A stretch of DNA of 64,000 nucleotides from positions 1-64,000 of IMG/VR virus record IMGVR_UViG_3300030108_004965; one strand, given 5' to 3'. The position numbers and the translations under genes were made by a program. Of this stretch, positions 45,948 through 54,394 are shown piece by piece. Position 1 is the stretch's first letter. Each line of letters begins with the position of its first letter. The stretch is from a virus. The notes below the pieces were generated by a model. The model was not told the origin of the DNA. It worked only from the letters and a program-made list of their open reading frames with translations, and ran no database searches.

Positions 45948-46756
45948 GCCACCCCTCTCAGATAGTAATTTATAAATTGATCATCTTTCTCTAAAAAACT
46001 GAATACTAGGTTAGACAACTCATTATTAAACTCAATTATTCCGGGATAGAATAGGTCCATGGATACCCCATGCTTAGATGAAAGCTCTTTTCTTTTCCAG
46101 ATGTCTATAGAGTCATAAGCAGGTCTATTTCCAGATCCATTGTGAAAAATCAAATCATCATAAACAGCAAACATAAGAGGGTGTAAGTCACAACAGTTAG
46201 TTCTTAACATTTTGCCCCAGACGACCCCTAGGTTGTCCAAGGTCTCTTTCAATAATACACCGGCACAACTTGCTCCTCTAGAGGGATTTAATTCCCAAGA
46301 TAAATTATTGTTTTTCCAAAAACCGTATGTAGTCGCAAGGAAACAAGGGTGAGGATAAGGCTTAAATTTTTCATCAAGCAAAGGCTCTATGTTCTCTTCC
46401 CTAGAGATTGCAACTAGGGGGTAAACTTGTAGTTTATTAATTATTTTTTCATACCAAGAGTCATTAATTGGAAAAGCATCAGGGTCTATAAACACAATCA
46501 CATCATTATCACTGGGGTTGAATGAATTCAAAATATTGTACATTTTATTCATTTTCACATAATGCTTGTTTTCAACACTTGAAATGTCATAAACATTAGT
46601 AGAATGTAATTTCAATTCATTTTTTACAGAACCTACATCAATCTCTGTTATTCCACAAATAACTTTATATTCAACAGTGGTATTTTTTTTTATGAACCTA
46701 GACTGCAGATTCATCCACTTATGTGATTTATGGTGGTTTGTCATTAAATAGAGCAT
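45944..46756 (-). CDS. Putative GT-A glycosyltransferase
   Basis: VIVFIDPDAFPI (DxD), HPCFLAT, FHNGSG; operon context. Confidence 0.45.
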   Translation of the reverse strand: MLYLMTNHHKSHKWMNLQSRFIKKNTTVEYKVICGITEIDVGSVKNELKLHSTNVYDISSVENKHYVKMNKMYNILNSFNPSDNDVIVFIDPDAFPINDSWYEKIINKLQVYPLVAISREENIEPLLDEKFKPYPHPCFLATTYGFWKNNNLSWELNPSRGASCAGVLLKETLDNLGVVWGKMLRTNCCDLHPLMFAVYDDLIFHNGSGNRPAYDSIDIWKRKELSSKHGVSMDLFYPGIIEFNNELSNLVFSFLEKDDQFINYYLRGVA

Positions 46757-47367
46757 TTTACCACCCCTACATCTTTGAATAAATCAAACTCTTTTAGATT
46801 TCTATAAAAAGGTTTTTCTGGTAGATCCTCTACATGATCCGGATAATTTTGCATTAACATCAAGCCTCTCGCAGCCTGCTCGGGAGACATGTAGGCATTC
46901 CATCCATTGATTTGAATGTTGTCTTCATGATACATAACTTCTCCACGACCTTCATAACGACCCTTTCTGAACCACCTCGCGGCATCTTCATCATCTGTTA
47001 GTATCATTCCCCCTTTACCAATCTTTAAGTGCTTTTTGATATGAAAGGAAAGGCACATATAAGATCCCGGGATGTACATTCCGCTTGTAAGTCTTTTCGC
47101 TGCATCCCAAATTGGGTATGGCTCTAATTGATAAATGCCTTTCCACCTATAGTCTTTAAACTTTAGTGATCCTCCAGCATGTAAAATAGATTGAGGAACC
47201 GATAAATAAGTTCTAGAAGGTATTGTTACTTCTTCTACTTGCAAGTATTCACAGCACAACAAAAGAGCGTCTGTACAATTATCTGTTGAGACAGCATATT
47301 TCGATCCGCAATAATCTGCTACTGTTTCTTCAAACATCTTAACTATCTTATAAGGGTTGTGTCTCAC
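46744..47367 (-). CDS. Half-size DegT/DnrJ/EryC1/StrS PLP sugar aminotransferase (207 aa)
   Basis: FEETVADYCGSKYAVSTDNCTDAL, IWDAA, SFHIKKHLKIGKGGMILTDD, GWNAYM.PEQAARG. Confidence 0.8.
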   Translation of the reverse strand: MRHNPYKIVKMFEETVADYCGSKYAVSTDNCTDALLLCCEYLQVEEVTIPSRTYLSVPQSILHAGGSLKFKDYRWKGIYQLEPYPIWDAAKRLTSGMYIPGSYMCLSFHIKKHLKIGKGGMILTDDEDAARWFRKGRYEGRGEVMYHEDNIQINGWNAYMSPEQAARGLMLMQNYPDHVEDLPEKPFYRNLKEFDLFKDVGVVKCSI

Positions 47368-47747
47368 TTTTTCTCCATTAAATAATATTTGATTTCAAAA
47401 CCAGACTTCTCAAAGAGTTTTCTACTTGCTTCATTTTGTATTTTAACTTTTGCTTGTGCATTCGGGTGCGATTTCATTATTTCGTTAACCATAAAAGATG
47501 CAACCCCTTTACCTTGATGATCAGGGTGAGTTGCTACCCTTATATCATCATCTATTATACCAATATAACCGATTGGATTGTTGTTGTCAACACAAATATA
47601 AAAAAAATGAGAATTTTTTTTCATATAACTTTCATGATCTTTTTTGGAAATGACTTCTTGTTGTATGAAACCTTCTCTTACGCCATCTAAATTTCTTAAA
47701 TTACGGATGAACTCCCAGTAAACATAATTGTTTTTAATTAACTCCAT
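47364..47747 (-). CDS. GNAT acetyltransferase (PseH-like sugar N-acetyltransferase)
   Basis: FIRNLRN..GVREGF, HPDHQGKGVA (motif A), NEASRKLFEKSGF (motif B). Confidence 0.82.
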   Translation of the reverse strand: MELIKNNYVYWEFIRNLRNLDGVREGFIQQEVISKKDHESYMKKNSHFFYICVDNNNPIGYIGIIDDDIRVATHPDHQGKGVASFMVNEIMKSHPNAQAKVKIQNEASRKLFEKSGFEIKYYLMEKK

Positions 47748-48532
47748 ACGTCCACCTGATTTTTAAAAGGACTATTCGAGCCCAAAAGCCAGCCTGTTAA
47801 GTATCCTCGGGTATATTGCCAACCCTCTAAGTCAAGAAAAGGGTTCAGGCAAGACCCAATGTCCAAAAATGTGTTGTTTGGGTTATCTCTAAAGCATTCA
47901 TAAATTATAAAATTTGATAAAGAAGCGGCTGAGCAAAGTATTATTGCGTCATTTATTTGATTCTCTTTTATATAATTTTTAACTTTTTCTACTGTATCGT
48001 AATTCTCAATCATACAGTTTGATCCAATTTTAAATTCTTTTGAAATTTTAAATTTTAAATTAGATGTTTTTGCTAACTCATTCACAACATAAATTATTTC
48101 ACGATCAAAAAAAAGAGGAGCCAACTCTTTTATAAATCGAACATAATTGCCATTTATAAGCAAGTTGGAAAAAGTTAAGTTTTCATGGTCTCCGCCGTGA
48201 AAATCAATCATCCAATTAAAATTTTCTCTGCCGACATGAGCATCTGTTGCCGAGACAATACCTTTAAAATAGTTGTCTTGATTGTGCATGTAGCATTCTA
48301 TGAGCTTCTCTCTATACATCTGGTGTTTTTCAGGATAAAATTCTTTTTGCTCTTCTTTTGTGTATTTATTGGGCCCACGAATATCACCAGTAATATAGTA
48401 ATTCTCTGCTAGTACCACTGTTTTATTTTGCAAAATGAACAGTTCACCATCAGAAAATCTTGTGAAAGCAAAGTTTTCTTTGTTTTTTATCTTATTCAAT
48501 AATACATCAAACGCTTTTTTAAAATCTTTCAT
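47738..48532 (-). CDS. GT-D fold (DUF1792)-like glycosyltransferase
   Basis: FAFTRFSDGEL, IILCSAA, FLDIGSCLNP. Confidence 0.65.
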   Translation of the reverse strand: MKDFKKAFDVLLNKIKNKENFAFTRFSDGELFILQNKTVVLAENYYITGDIRGPNKYTKEEQKEFYPEKHQMYREKLIECYMHNQDNYFKGIVSATDAHVGRENFNWMIDFHGGDHENLTFSNLLINGNYVRFIKELAPLFFDREIIYVVNELAKTSNLKFKISKEFKIGSNCMIENYDTVEKVKNYIKENQINDAIILCSAASLSNFIIYECFRDNPNNTFLDIGSCLNPFLDLEGWQYTRGYLTGWLLGSNSPFKNQVDVWS

Positions 48533-49706
48533 ATAATTGGTCCTTAAAAATTAAAATTTGTCTCCAAAGCCTTGGGTTTTTCACCTCAAAACAAGAAGTT
48601 ATATTTAATGTATCGGCTCCCCATGGAAACTTCAAAAAAAATAGAAGATCTTCTGAATGTAAAACCCCTGCTATTTTTGAAGAGGGGACAGTATCTTCAT
48701 CAACAAAAGCTGCTTTGTTTCTTGCCAAGTCTAACATAAAAATTTGTTTTTTATCATATAATCTAAAATAAGTTTGTTCTGGTTTGTTTCTTCTTTTTGT
48801 ATTGACAAAAGAAATTAATTCATTGGCTTCTTTCAAAATGTCTTCGTTATTTTTTGACTTGTGTTCTAGAATTGGTTTTTCTCCTAGAAAAACTCTTTGC
48901 CATTTCAAATTATTTATTTTATTACGTTCTCCACAATCCTCATAAAGTAATTGGTCTTCATAAAACAAAATCTGCAATGGTAAATCGCCTAAATCTTTAA
49001 TAATTTCATTTATGTTGATTATGTAATCATTCAAAAATTTATTATATTCTTTACAGAAATAAATAAAACTAGCAAACGGGATAACAACTTTTGGCTTGAA
49101 GTAATCATAATATTTTCTTATCATATTTTTATGAAAACTTTTTGCCTCGGTCAGACCTTGAACATCGTCTTTGTTTGCATAATACCCGGCTAAAGAGAAT
49201 TGCATGAACCAAAAATCTATTTTTGGATATTTATTTTTTATCAAAACACATTGAGATCTGCTTAATTGACAATCATTTTGATTCAAATAAACCTTATCAT
49301 TGACTTTGAAGACATAAGCGGAATCATGACCAGTTGGATAGTTTGAAATAGACAAAAAATTATTTAATTTAAATTCTTTGTTAGGAGGTATTTCAGCACA
49401 TTTAAAACCAATTTTCCTAAGGTTATTAGCCACATTTTTATTTTTACGCAACGGCAACAAAACATTAATTTCTCTACTGGTGTTTTCTATTATCTTTTTT
49501 AAAGTTGGCCAATGCAGGTGATCTGGGTGTTCGTGTGTGATTATAATAAATTTTATTTTTTCATAATCAATTTTTTCGGTTTCCCTTAGTAGAGACCACG
49601 AATCATTAAAAACCTTACCAAAGAACCATGGGTCAAAAATAACAGACTCTTCCTCATTTTCAATTAAAAAACAAGCGTGATTTATAAACCTAATTTCAGC
49701 AGTCAC
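48519..49706 (-). CDS. MBL-fold protein, CMP-NeuAc hydroxylase (CMAH)/UlaG-like, lacking a Rieske domain
   Basis: FINHACFLIE, FDPWFFGKVFNDSW, ITHEHPDHLHWPTL, HDSA, LNQNDC, IPFASF. Confidence 0.7.
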   Translation of the reverse strand: MTAEIRFINHACFLIENEEESVIFDPWFFGKVFNDSWSLLRETEKIDYEKIKFIIITHEHPDHLHWPTLKKIIENTSREINVLLPLRKNKNVANNLRKIGFKCAEIPPNKEFKLNNFLSISNYPTGHDSAYVFKVNDKVYLNQNDCQLSRSQCVLIKNKYPKIDFWFMQFSLAGYYANKDDVQGLTEAKSFHKNMIRKYYDYFKPKVVIPFASFIYFCKEYNKFLNDYIININEIIKDLGDLPLQILFYEDQLLYEDCGERNKINNLKWQRVFLGEKPILEHKSKNNEDILKEANELISFVNTKRRNKPEQTYFRLYDKKQIFMLDLARNKAAFVDEDTVPSSKIAGVLHSEDLLFFLKFPWGADTLNITSCFEVKNPRLWRQILIFKDQLYERF

Positions 49707-51316
49707 AGAGACACCTCCTTAACAGTTTTCCATCCCTTCCGAAGTCCAGTTTGAACACAAACATCTCTCTCAGAGAAAAACTTCTGATGAGATACGGCGG
49801 AGTTTGTTGATGTCGCCTTATTATCAATACCCAGTTCGTTCCCCAATATCGATCCGTGCAACTCTGGGTCTTCAGGAGGGTGAGGCGGACAATATGTTGG
49901 GATTCCACCATGTATCTTCGCCATAAATCCGAATTGAATATCCTCTCCGTTATCCCAAGTCACAGGTTTTTCTTGCCAGAGGTACCTAAGCCACTCTCTC
50001 TTAAAGAACCAAGAGTGCCCAACGAGATCAACTTCTGTTACCTCAGGATTTTGTGTTGGCCAACCACATCTGTCGTGATTGACGTAGCGATTTCCCTTCA
50101 GGATGATTCCCGCTGATCCCATGATACCCTCGTGAGTCTTCATTGTTTCTAAGCAGTTCTCGTGCCATCTACGGCCCGGTATTGTATCGTCGTCATAAAG
50201 TGCCACGTATTCTGTATCTGCCAAGAGTGCTGCGGCGAATCTGCCATAGAACTTCCAATTAAAATCGTTCTTAAAAACTCTATCAACCCCAAGAGTTTCA
50301 GGATCAAAATCCTTATTATCTTCGTGGTAGTTTATCCATAGCCAGATTTGCGCTGGTTTAATAGATTGTGCTCTGATTGCATCGACTTGCATCTTCAGAT
50401 TATATGGTCTTCTGTAGCAATTCAGAATGACAGTGATGTCTCCCTCTTTGGATTCGTGCTTTGTGACCTCGAACAACTTGTCTTGGATTTTTGATACCAC
50501 AACGTCTCGTTGAGAATCAACATAATCGATCAAATCTTGCCCTTTAAGGCCTTTGAACCAAGGTTCATAGGTACACCCATTAAGGTGGTTTGTCATTAGC
50601 TTACAGCCTAACATACGGGCTTCTAAAATGACCCTACAAAAACTCTCCAATGTCTTAGGGAAGAAAACAAATTTGTCATACTTTGCAAGAGTAGAAAGAT
50701 ACTGCTCGTAAGGCAGTTTTGGTATCAAGTCGTACTCTACATTCTTTTTTAAGCATGTATCAACTGCTTCCTTTGTTCCTTTGATGATATTTGGGTCATT
50801 AATGATCATCGCTTTGTTATTCTTCTCAGAGATTTTACTTCTAATTAAATCAAGTTGCTCCCTCGACCAAAGAGAGCAACCCAGATTCGTAACATTATTG
50901 ATACCCAAATTCTCTGATAATACTTGGGTGTGTTTAATTGATTGACAAAAGACGTGTTTTGCTGATGCGTAGAAATCACGATTGATAATGAAATTTGCTG
51001 GTGCTTTAAAGTTTTTAAAATCAGCAGGATTTCTATTAGACAAGTATTTGTGATCATGTTCTAAAATACAGTATTCCGCTGAGGCTTGTAAGAACTTTAA
51101 AATCTTTGGTTTTAGTCTAAAGAAGTTAGAAACCAAAAAAGTAAAACCCATTTCATTATATAATTTAAGGTGATTAAGAGAAAACTCTTCAGAATTAAAT
51201 TTACAAACCTTAATTCCTTTATTTTCTAACTCTTGGATTAACAATTTATCATAAGTCTCTGCTCCGCCTTGGACTTGACTATAGAAGAAGTCGGCTATGA
51301 AAACTACCTTTTTCAA
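49703..51316 (-). CDS. Two-domain glycosyltransferase fusion (GT-B-like N-terminus + GT2/GT-A C-terminus, 537 aa)
   Basis: FFPKTLESFCRVILEARMLGC (ExxxxG of GT-B); ITVILNCYRRP...ALYDDDTIPG (DxD). Confidence 0.8.
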   Translation of the reverse strand: MKKVVFIADFFYSQVQGGAETYDKLLIQELENKGIKVCKFNSEEFSLNHLKLYNEMGFTFLVSNFFRLKPKILKFLQASAEYCILEHDHKYLSNRNPADFKNFKAPANFIINRDFYASAKHVFCQSIKHTQVLSENLGINNVTNLGCSLWSREQLDLIRSKISEKNNKAMIINDPNIIKGTKEAVDTCLKKNVEYDLIPKLPYEQYLSTLAKYDKFVFFPKTLESFCRVILEARMLGCKLMTNHLNGCTYEPWFKGLKGQDLIDYVDSQRDVVVSKIQDKLFEVTKHESKEGDITVILNCYRRPYNLKMQVDAIRAQSIKPAQIWLWINYHEDNKDFDPETLGVDRVFKNDFNWKFYGRFAAALLADTEYVALYDDDTIPGRRWHENCLETMKTHEGIMGSAGIILKGNRYVNHDRCGWPTQNPEVTEVDLVGHSWFFKREWLRYLWQEKPVTWDNGEDIQFGFMAKIHGGIPTYCPPHPPEDPELHGSILGNELGIDNKATSTNSAVSHQKFFSERDVCVQTGLRKGWKTVKEVSL

Positions 51317-52557
51317 TCGAACTCCAGCACAACTTCTTCATCATCGCTTGGCTCTATCAAAGAACTATCAAAGCCCAAGACTGAGTCTACAAATAATTTA
51401 TACAATTTTTCGTCTGAAAATTTAACTTTATTTATCTCTTGTAATTCTGTTGCAAGGTTTTTTGCTTCATCCCAGTTTTCATAAACTTTTCTAATTGATT
51501 CTTTATACGAGGATTCTTTTGCATTCGCCCATTGAGAATCAGCCTCTATTACACCTTGCCAAACAGCAGAAGGTTGGACTTGTTCAATTGTGAAACCAAC
51601 ATTAGTAAAATAATCTTTTCCTTCATGGGTTAAAAAATCTGTTTGACCAGACCAGCCAACGGTCACAACCGGAAGTGCCTCTCTCGACGCTTCAAACAAA
51701 GGTAATCCAAAGCCCTCACCGTGTGCAATGTTGACAAGTGCCTTTACTTTTTGGTTTGTATAGAGGCTGGCCATTTGTCCACTAGACAAATCCCCATGTA
51801 ATAAATGTACTTTACATTTTCGATCTTTATAATTGCTCAAAAGGTTTTTCAGAGAGTTCTCAGTTACTTCAAGATCCATGACTGAATTTCCTCTCATATT
51901 TGTCTTGATTATCAATCCAACATCATCATTCAGAAATTCTTCAACCCACCAACATATTGTGTTTTCAAAGTTTTTTCTTGGACTTATTTGAGAACACACA
52001 ACAAAATTGAAATCCTGTGGTGGATCAAAGCCCGGGATAGCCTCCGGAGTTGCTCTAGGGGTGGTTTCCCATACAACTTCGACAGGGGTTTCCAATTTAT
52101 AATCAGTCTCTTCTTTTGTTTGATTGTTGATTGCTTTAGCAACTGTTAACTCATAGGTTTCTTTTGCGTGGTTAGATACCACTAAAATTTTATCAACCTG
52201 TTCATTTCCTTTTTGGAGCCACTGTGGTGCAACACGATCAGTTTCTATGCCGGCTGTATATCCAATGTTAATAGGGCACAGTCTTTCAAATTCATTTGGG
52301 ATAGTAATCTGAAGGGAGATGTCTGGTTGTAACTCTTGTTGTTGTAACTTTATCTGTGTTTCTATTATTCTGGAGTCTAGCCAGACCCTAAATTCATCAT
52401 CTTCCCAAATCCAACCTGTTTGTCCCCAAGGGATTGGCTGAACGTAAATGTCAAACAAGTCTTCGCGAGATCTTAATGCTCGAATAGCAAACCTAGATTG
52501 TTCTCCGTAACCTGATTGACTTAAGCACGGTGCTCTTACAAATATCTTTTTTTTCAC
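51313..52557 (-). CDS. GT4-family glycosyltransferase
   Basis: SQSGYG, QISPRKN, AHGEGFGLPLFEAS...PVVTVGWSGQTDF. Confidence 0.88.
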   Translation of the reverse strand: MKKKIFVRAPCLSQSGYGEQSRFAIRALRSREDLFDIYVQPIPWGQTGWIWEDDEFRVWLDSRIIETQIKLQQQELQPDISLQITIPNEFERLCPINIGYTAGIETDRVAPQWLQKGNEQVDKILVVSNHAKETYELTVAKAINNQTKEETDYKLETPVEVVWETTPRATPEAIPGFDPPQDFNFVVCSQISPRKNFENTICWWVEEFLNDDVGLIIKTNMRGNSVMDLEVTENSLKNLLSNYKDRKCKVHLLHGDLSSGQMASLYTNQKVKALVNIAHGEGFGLPLFEASREALPVVTVGWSGQTDFLTHEGKDYFTNVGFTIEQVQPSAVWQGVIEADSQWANAKESSYKESIRKVYENWDEAKNLATELQEINKVKFSDEKLYKLFVDSVLGFDSSLIEPSDDEEVVLEFD

Positions 52558-53819
52558 GCTATCTCCTTAAAAGTGATTCCATTATAATCTTTTCTAGTGT
52601 CCCAAGACCCTTCTTTTTCGTAAATCTCCAACATTAAATCAACCCAAGTGCTTTTAAAGTTTTCAAAACCATAATTTTTATGGGCATGAGCGAGGCCATT
52701 CGTTCCCATCTCTCTTCTTTCTTCATCGCTCAAACTGTACATGTTGTTCAAAGCGGAGATCACATGATCTTTTGACAATCTGTCTTCGTAAATGTAGGGA
52801 ACCTCTTGAGATCCAATTATTGCTTTTGATGTTGGGAACAAAGGGATACCAAATGGACCATTGTCGCCAATAATCTGCTCTTGAAGACCACCTGTCATAG
52901 TAGCAATTATCGGAACCCCGCAGTATAAAGACTCCAAAGTGGAAAGGCCAAAACCCTCAGCGTCTGAAATGTTGATTGTTACATCAGACATATTATAAAA
53001 GACATTCATGTTGTCTTTAGGTATCTTTGCTGTTGAGAACAGTACTTCTCTATTGTTTAGTCCTAGATGCTCTGCTATGTGCAGCAGGTCTTGTCCGTGG
53101 CCATCTTTAGGGTCTGTGTGCATCAGCAACATAACTTTGCCACTAAGGTCATTCTCTTTTACCCATTCTCCCCACCACCATAGAAGAGAACCTGATTGTT
53201 TTCTTCTGGCATTTCTGTTATTCCAAAAAACAATAAATTTGTCGAGATCTTCTTCTGGAAGGTTATTTGATCTTAATTCTTTTTTCTGCTCTGGTGTTGC
53301 CGGTCTAAAAATTTTCGGATCTACTGCATGGGGAACGTAACTGCATGATACTTCGGGCGAGACAGTTTTTACAATGTCGTGAGTAACTTTAGAAATGCAA
53401 GCAATATGATCATTAGAATCATAATATTTTTTATTAAAGAACGGAAACGGATAATTATCCCAGACATGATAATAAACAATTGGACACAATGGTCTAATTT
53501 CATTCTCAATAGACCACAGCCAACCGTAAAATCTTGGATCCGTCATCATCCACAACATGTCTATTTTTTCGTTTCTTATGATTGATCTGATCATTTCTTC
53601 CGTACCGTAACCATCGACCGGTATTATTTTCCAATCTTCGTTATAGGGGTCCACGAGCCTTGGTGTATAATCTTTATGTTTCATAGCACCACCCAATGAA
53701 ATCACTTGAAACTTTCCAGAATCTAAAAGAGACTGTATTACATAACCTGTTTGTGTTCCAACTCCTGATGGACTTAGTGGGTGATCACTTAGAGTTAGAA
53801 TCTTTATTTTCTTAGACAT
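52554..53819 (-). CDS. GT4-family glycosyltransferase
   Basis: SDHPLSPSGVGTQ, NNRNARRKQ, AEGFGLSTLESLYCGVPIIATMTGGLQEQ. Confidence 0.88.
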   Translation of the reverse strand: MSKKIKILTLSDHPLSPSGVGTQTGYVIQSLLDSGKFQVISLGGAMKHKDYTPRLVDPYNEDWKIIPVDGYGTEEMIRSIIRNEKIDMLWMMTDPRFYGWLWSIENEIRPLCPIVYYHVWDNYPFPFFNKKYYDSNDHIACISKVTHDIVKTVSPEVSCSYVPHAVDPKIFRPATPEQKKELRSNNLPEEDLDKFIVFWNNRNARRKQSGSLLWWWGEWVKENDLSGKVMLLMHTDPKDGHGQDLLHIAEHLGLNNREVLFSTAKIPKDNMNVFYNMSDVTINISDAEGFGLSTLESLYCGVPIIATMTGGLQEQIIGDNGPFGIPLFPTSKAIIGSQEVPYIYEDRLSKDHVISALNNMYSLSDEERREMGTNGLAHAHKNYGFENFKSTWVDLMLEIYEKEGSWDTRKDYNGITFKEIA

Positions 53820-53846
53820 ACGTATCCTTAATGTTATTTTACCTAT

Positions 53847-53875
53847 AATATAACACCAGAGAGATACGATGTCAA
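53847..53875 (-). promoter_or_regulatory. sigma70-type promoter for the glycosylation operon
   Basis: Minus strand TTGACA-tcgtatctctctggtgt(17 nt)-TATATT, with an upstream T-tract (UP-element-like) and a downstream AAGGA SD before ATG 53819. Confidence 0.85.
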
Positions 53876-53893
53876 GAAAAAAATAAAAAAATT

Positions 53894-54316
53894 TTAATTT
53901 ATTTTAATAATAGTGGGTGTAGTGCCCAATAATTGGGGAATTTCCACAGATAAAAGACCGTTAATAAAGGTCGCTTTTGCTCTTGGAAGGTCAAGTTTGT
54001 TCTGATAATCAGTAAACACCTTGGAGAAAGACCGCTTTGCAATCCTTCTATTGGCTTCTTTGCTTTGATTTACACTATCGCAAGAAATTTTGATGTTATT
54101 GTCTTGAACTTCAATGTTTATATCATCCTCCGAGAATCCGGCAAGAGCCATCTGGATTACTTGGCTTCCGTCGTCATTTTGAAAGATGTCGGTTACAGGG
54201 TAACCTTCTGTTGATCGCTTAATGTATGGTCGAGGATCATTAAAAAATTGATCAAATAGTTGATCGAACGCGGTTCTACCCAATACCGCAGGGGTTCTCA
54301 TTATTATATTAGTCAT
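53894..54316 (-). CDS. Small heat-shock protein (Hsp20/alpha-crystallin family)
   Basis: GYPVTDI...IQMALAGFSEDDINIEV...RRIAKRSFSKVF...ATFINGLLSVEIP. Confidence 0.9.
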   Translation of the reverse strand: MTNIIMRTPAVLGRTAFDQLFDQFFNDPRPYIKRSTEGYPVTDIFQNDDGSQVIQMALAGFSEDDINIEVQDNNIKISCDSVNQSKEANRRIAKRSFSKVFTDYQNKLDLPRAKATFINGLLSVEIPQLLGTTPTIIKIN

Positions 54317-54323
54317 TATATTT

Positions 54324-54374
54324 CTCCTAAATTAGCAAGTTTTTGACTTATGTATGGCCCAGTTGGCGCCATAC
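54324..54374 (-). promoter_or_regulatory. Structured hsp20 5' UTR: 5' hairpin plus ROSE-like SD-sequestering hairpin
   Basis: mRNA GUAUGGC-G-CC-AACU-GG-GCCAUAC (54374-54352), then CUUGCU-AAUUU-AGGAG (54339-54324) ending 7 nt before the AUG. Confidence 0.6.
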
Positions 54375-54394
54375 TATAATTATAATCGCAAAAT

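Noticed and set aside
34169-53819. Interpreting the window as a bacterial O-antigen/capsule locus or as a eukaryotic giant virus
   Set aside because: The locus is continuous with baseplate genes and a phage sigma factor and lacks wzx/wzy/ABC export genes; SD sequences, sigma70 promoters, gp25/gp6 and a muramidase indicate a bacteriophage.
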